The translations under genes were made by a program, and so were the position numbers. Positions 62,229 through 64,000 of a DNA stretch of 64,000 nt are shown here, piece by piece (position 1 is the first letter of the stretch; every line of letters begins with the position of its first letter). This DNA comes from Promethearchaeota archaeon. Lineage in GTDB: Archaea > Asgardarchaeota > Lokiarchaeia > Sigyniarchaeales > SOKP01. Below the pieces are notes generated by a model. That model was not told where the DNA came from. It saw nothing but the letters and a program-made list of their open reading frames with translations, and made no database searches. The stretch lies in the NCBI GenBank assembly GCA_016840085.1, contig JAEOTA010000054.1, positions 1 through 64,000 of the forward strand, read 5' to 3'.

Positions 62229-63998
62229 TTATTTATATATTTTTAATCGCTGTTCGACAGTATTAAGTATTTTTATTAACATTTCTTTATATGAATAACT
62301 TGCAAACCTAGACATTTTAGCTAAATGTCCATCCCAACACCAACCAGGATTTGGATTAACTTCCAATAATTTTGGATTTCCATTAATATCAAGCCTCCAG
62401 TCAAATCTTACATAATCTTTGCATTCTAGTCTTTCAAATAATTTTAAAGAACAAGATTCAATTAACTGAGTTGTTTCTTCTGGAAGTTCAGCAGGTATTG
62501 ATTTAATATTCCAATAAGGAGAATCTGGAAGCCATTTAGCCTCATATCCACAAATTTTCGGTAACTCTGGGGGTAAACTTGAATAATCTTCTTCTATTAT
62601 CGGTAGAATTATATAGTCATCAGGAGGATTTCCAATAAAACCTAATGTTAAGTCTTTTCCAGTGAGGAATTGTTCAATTAAAATTGGTTTATCATATCCA
62701 AATTTTTCTCTAATTTCTGTTATTGCATTTAATAATTCTTCTCCATTATTAACCACACTTCTTTGAGTAATACCAAAACTCGAATCTCCGAAATTGGGTT
62801 TTACAATGGCAGGAAAATATAATGGTAAATCAATAATTTTATCTTCAGGTTTAATATATATAGCTTCTGGTACAGGAATTTCTAACTCTTTAGCAATACC
62901 CCTTACTAATGATTTATCATAACAGAAAGCAAGACATTGTGGACCAGATCCAGAATAAGGAATTTTAAACATTTCCATCAGGGCAGGGATATGTAATTCT
63001 TTTCGAGGATCATTATAATACCCCTCATCGCATAAATTAAAAATATAATCAATTTTTCCCTTTGCTTTTAGTAAATCTTGAATTAAAGTATCGTGGTCAT
63101 TTAAATATGTAAAATTATATCCTTTTATATCTTTTAAAGCTGCTTTTAGTTGATCTATTGTATATAAATCATCATCATCAAAGATTGTTGAAGGTTTAAG
63201 CATATCAGGCTTATTTGGATCTCCAAATAATATTACTACATTTTTATCTGAAAATTTGACTTTTTTCTTAAGATATGTCCATTCTTTTTTTGCTATAGCA
63301 CTTACTAGAAGTCTTCTTTCCATCATTCCCAAATCTTGATCACGTTGAGATTCAGGTTTAATAATGCCATGAAATATTATTTCACTAAAGCCCGCCTTCT
63401 CTAATAACTCTAAAATTTGATTCTTGGAATATAATCTTTCAGCATAAAATTGATCTACGAGTACCCCTTTATTAACATGTGTAATGACTTCACGTGAAAT
63501 TAATCTTTGTTTATCTAATGATAAAGATCTTTCACGACATACGAAGTATTCTTTATCAATCCATTCCCATGAACGTTCCTGAAAATTATCTCTTAAATAT
63601 TCACCATCGGTAATATCAATCAGTATTTTTCCCCATGGTTTAAGAGTACGAAATGTTTCTTTTAATATTTTAAAATCATCATTAATTACCTCAAAATAAC
63701 CGAAACTATTTCCTAAGATCATAATAAAATCAAAAGTATCAGGAGCATATGGTAATTTTCGGGCATCTCCTTCACGAAATTTGCATATAATGCCATTCCT
63801 TTTCGCATTAGTTCTGGCTTTCTGTATTAAGTATCTTGATCGATCCAAACCTTCAATATTTTCAAACCCTCTTCTTGCTAATTCAATTGAATGTCGTCCC
63901 TGACCACAACAAAGGTCTAAAATACGATTTTCTGGTATAAACCCCAAAATTTTTGAAAAGACATCAACCTCAAATGAAGTAATCTTTTTATCCTCAAC
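62229..63998 (-). CDS. Class I methyltransferase fused to D-Ala-D-Ala-ligase-like ATP-grasp domain (starts beyond right edge)
   Basis: ILDLCCGQGRH, GNSFGYF; FNLCDEG, YSGS, DKSL, IVKP...SSFGI, RFDWR, LEVNPNPG; frame open to window end. Confidence 0.9.
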   Translation of the reverse strand, partial: VEDKKITSFEVDVFSKILGFIPENRILDLCCGQGRHSIELARRGFENIEGLDRSRYLIQKARTNAKRNGIICKFREGDARKLPYAPDTFDFIMILGNSFGYFEVINDDFKILKETFRTLKPWGKILIDITDGEYLRDNFQERSWEWIDKEYFVCRERSLSLDKQRLISREVITHVNKGVLVDQFYAERLYSKNQILELLEKAGFSEIIFHGIIKPESQRDQDLGMMERRLLVSAIAKKEWTYLKKKVKFSDKNVVILFGDPNKPDMLKPSTIFDDDDLYTIDQLKAALKDIKGYNFTYLNDHDTLIQDLLKAKGKIDYIFNLCDEGYYNDPRKELHIPALMEMFKIPYSGSGPQCLAFCYDKSLVRGIAKELEIPVPEAIYIKPEDKIIDLPLYFPAIVKPNFGDSSFGITQRSVVNNGEELLNAITEIREKFGYDKPILIEQFLTGKDLTLGFIGNPPDDYIILPIIEEDYSSLPPELPKICGYEAKWLPDSPYWNIKSIPAELPEETTQLIESCSLKLFERLECKDYVRFDWRLDINGNPKLLEVNPNPGWCWDGHLAKMSRFASYSYKEMLIKILNTVEQRLKIYK

Positions 63999-64000
63999 AA

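Overview
AT-rich archaeal chromosomal window, most consistent with an Asgard archaeon (Lokiarchaeia-like). This rests on Arf- and Rab-like small GTPases, longin/DENN-like domains, a PAC2 chaperone, Nre, AfpA and DUF2070. Core content is a molybdo/tungstopterin biosynthesis operon (moaC-moaA-moaD-moaE-moeA-moaB-moeA), a tungstate ABC transporter (tupABC), a disrupted aldehyde:ferredoxin oxidoreductase, flavoenzymes, two LeuA/homocitrate-synthase paralogs, a MoxR/vWA pair, IscS and many membrane proteins. I saw no rRNA, tRNA, CRISPR array or transposase. The strongest signals are: (1) a candidate -1 programmed ribosomal frameshift (G_GAT_TTT, 6-nt spacer, hairpin) that would fuse the MoxR AAA+ ATPase to the vWA ORF; (2) an identical dyad, GCGATATGT-N8-ACACATCGAA, upstream of both the moa and tup operons; (3) eukaryote-signature modules (Arf GTPase with a longin-wHTH partner, a receptor-like longin protein, duplicated SNAP-like genes, a coupled pair of coiled-coil-wHTH genes); and (4) many gene relics (E1-like enzyme, peptide deformylase, a diverged second DUF2070 3' end, a C45 peptidase start, an SLC13 tail). 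All family assignments come from motif recognition by eye; no searches were run.
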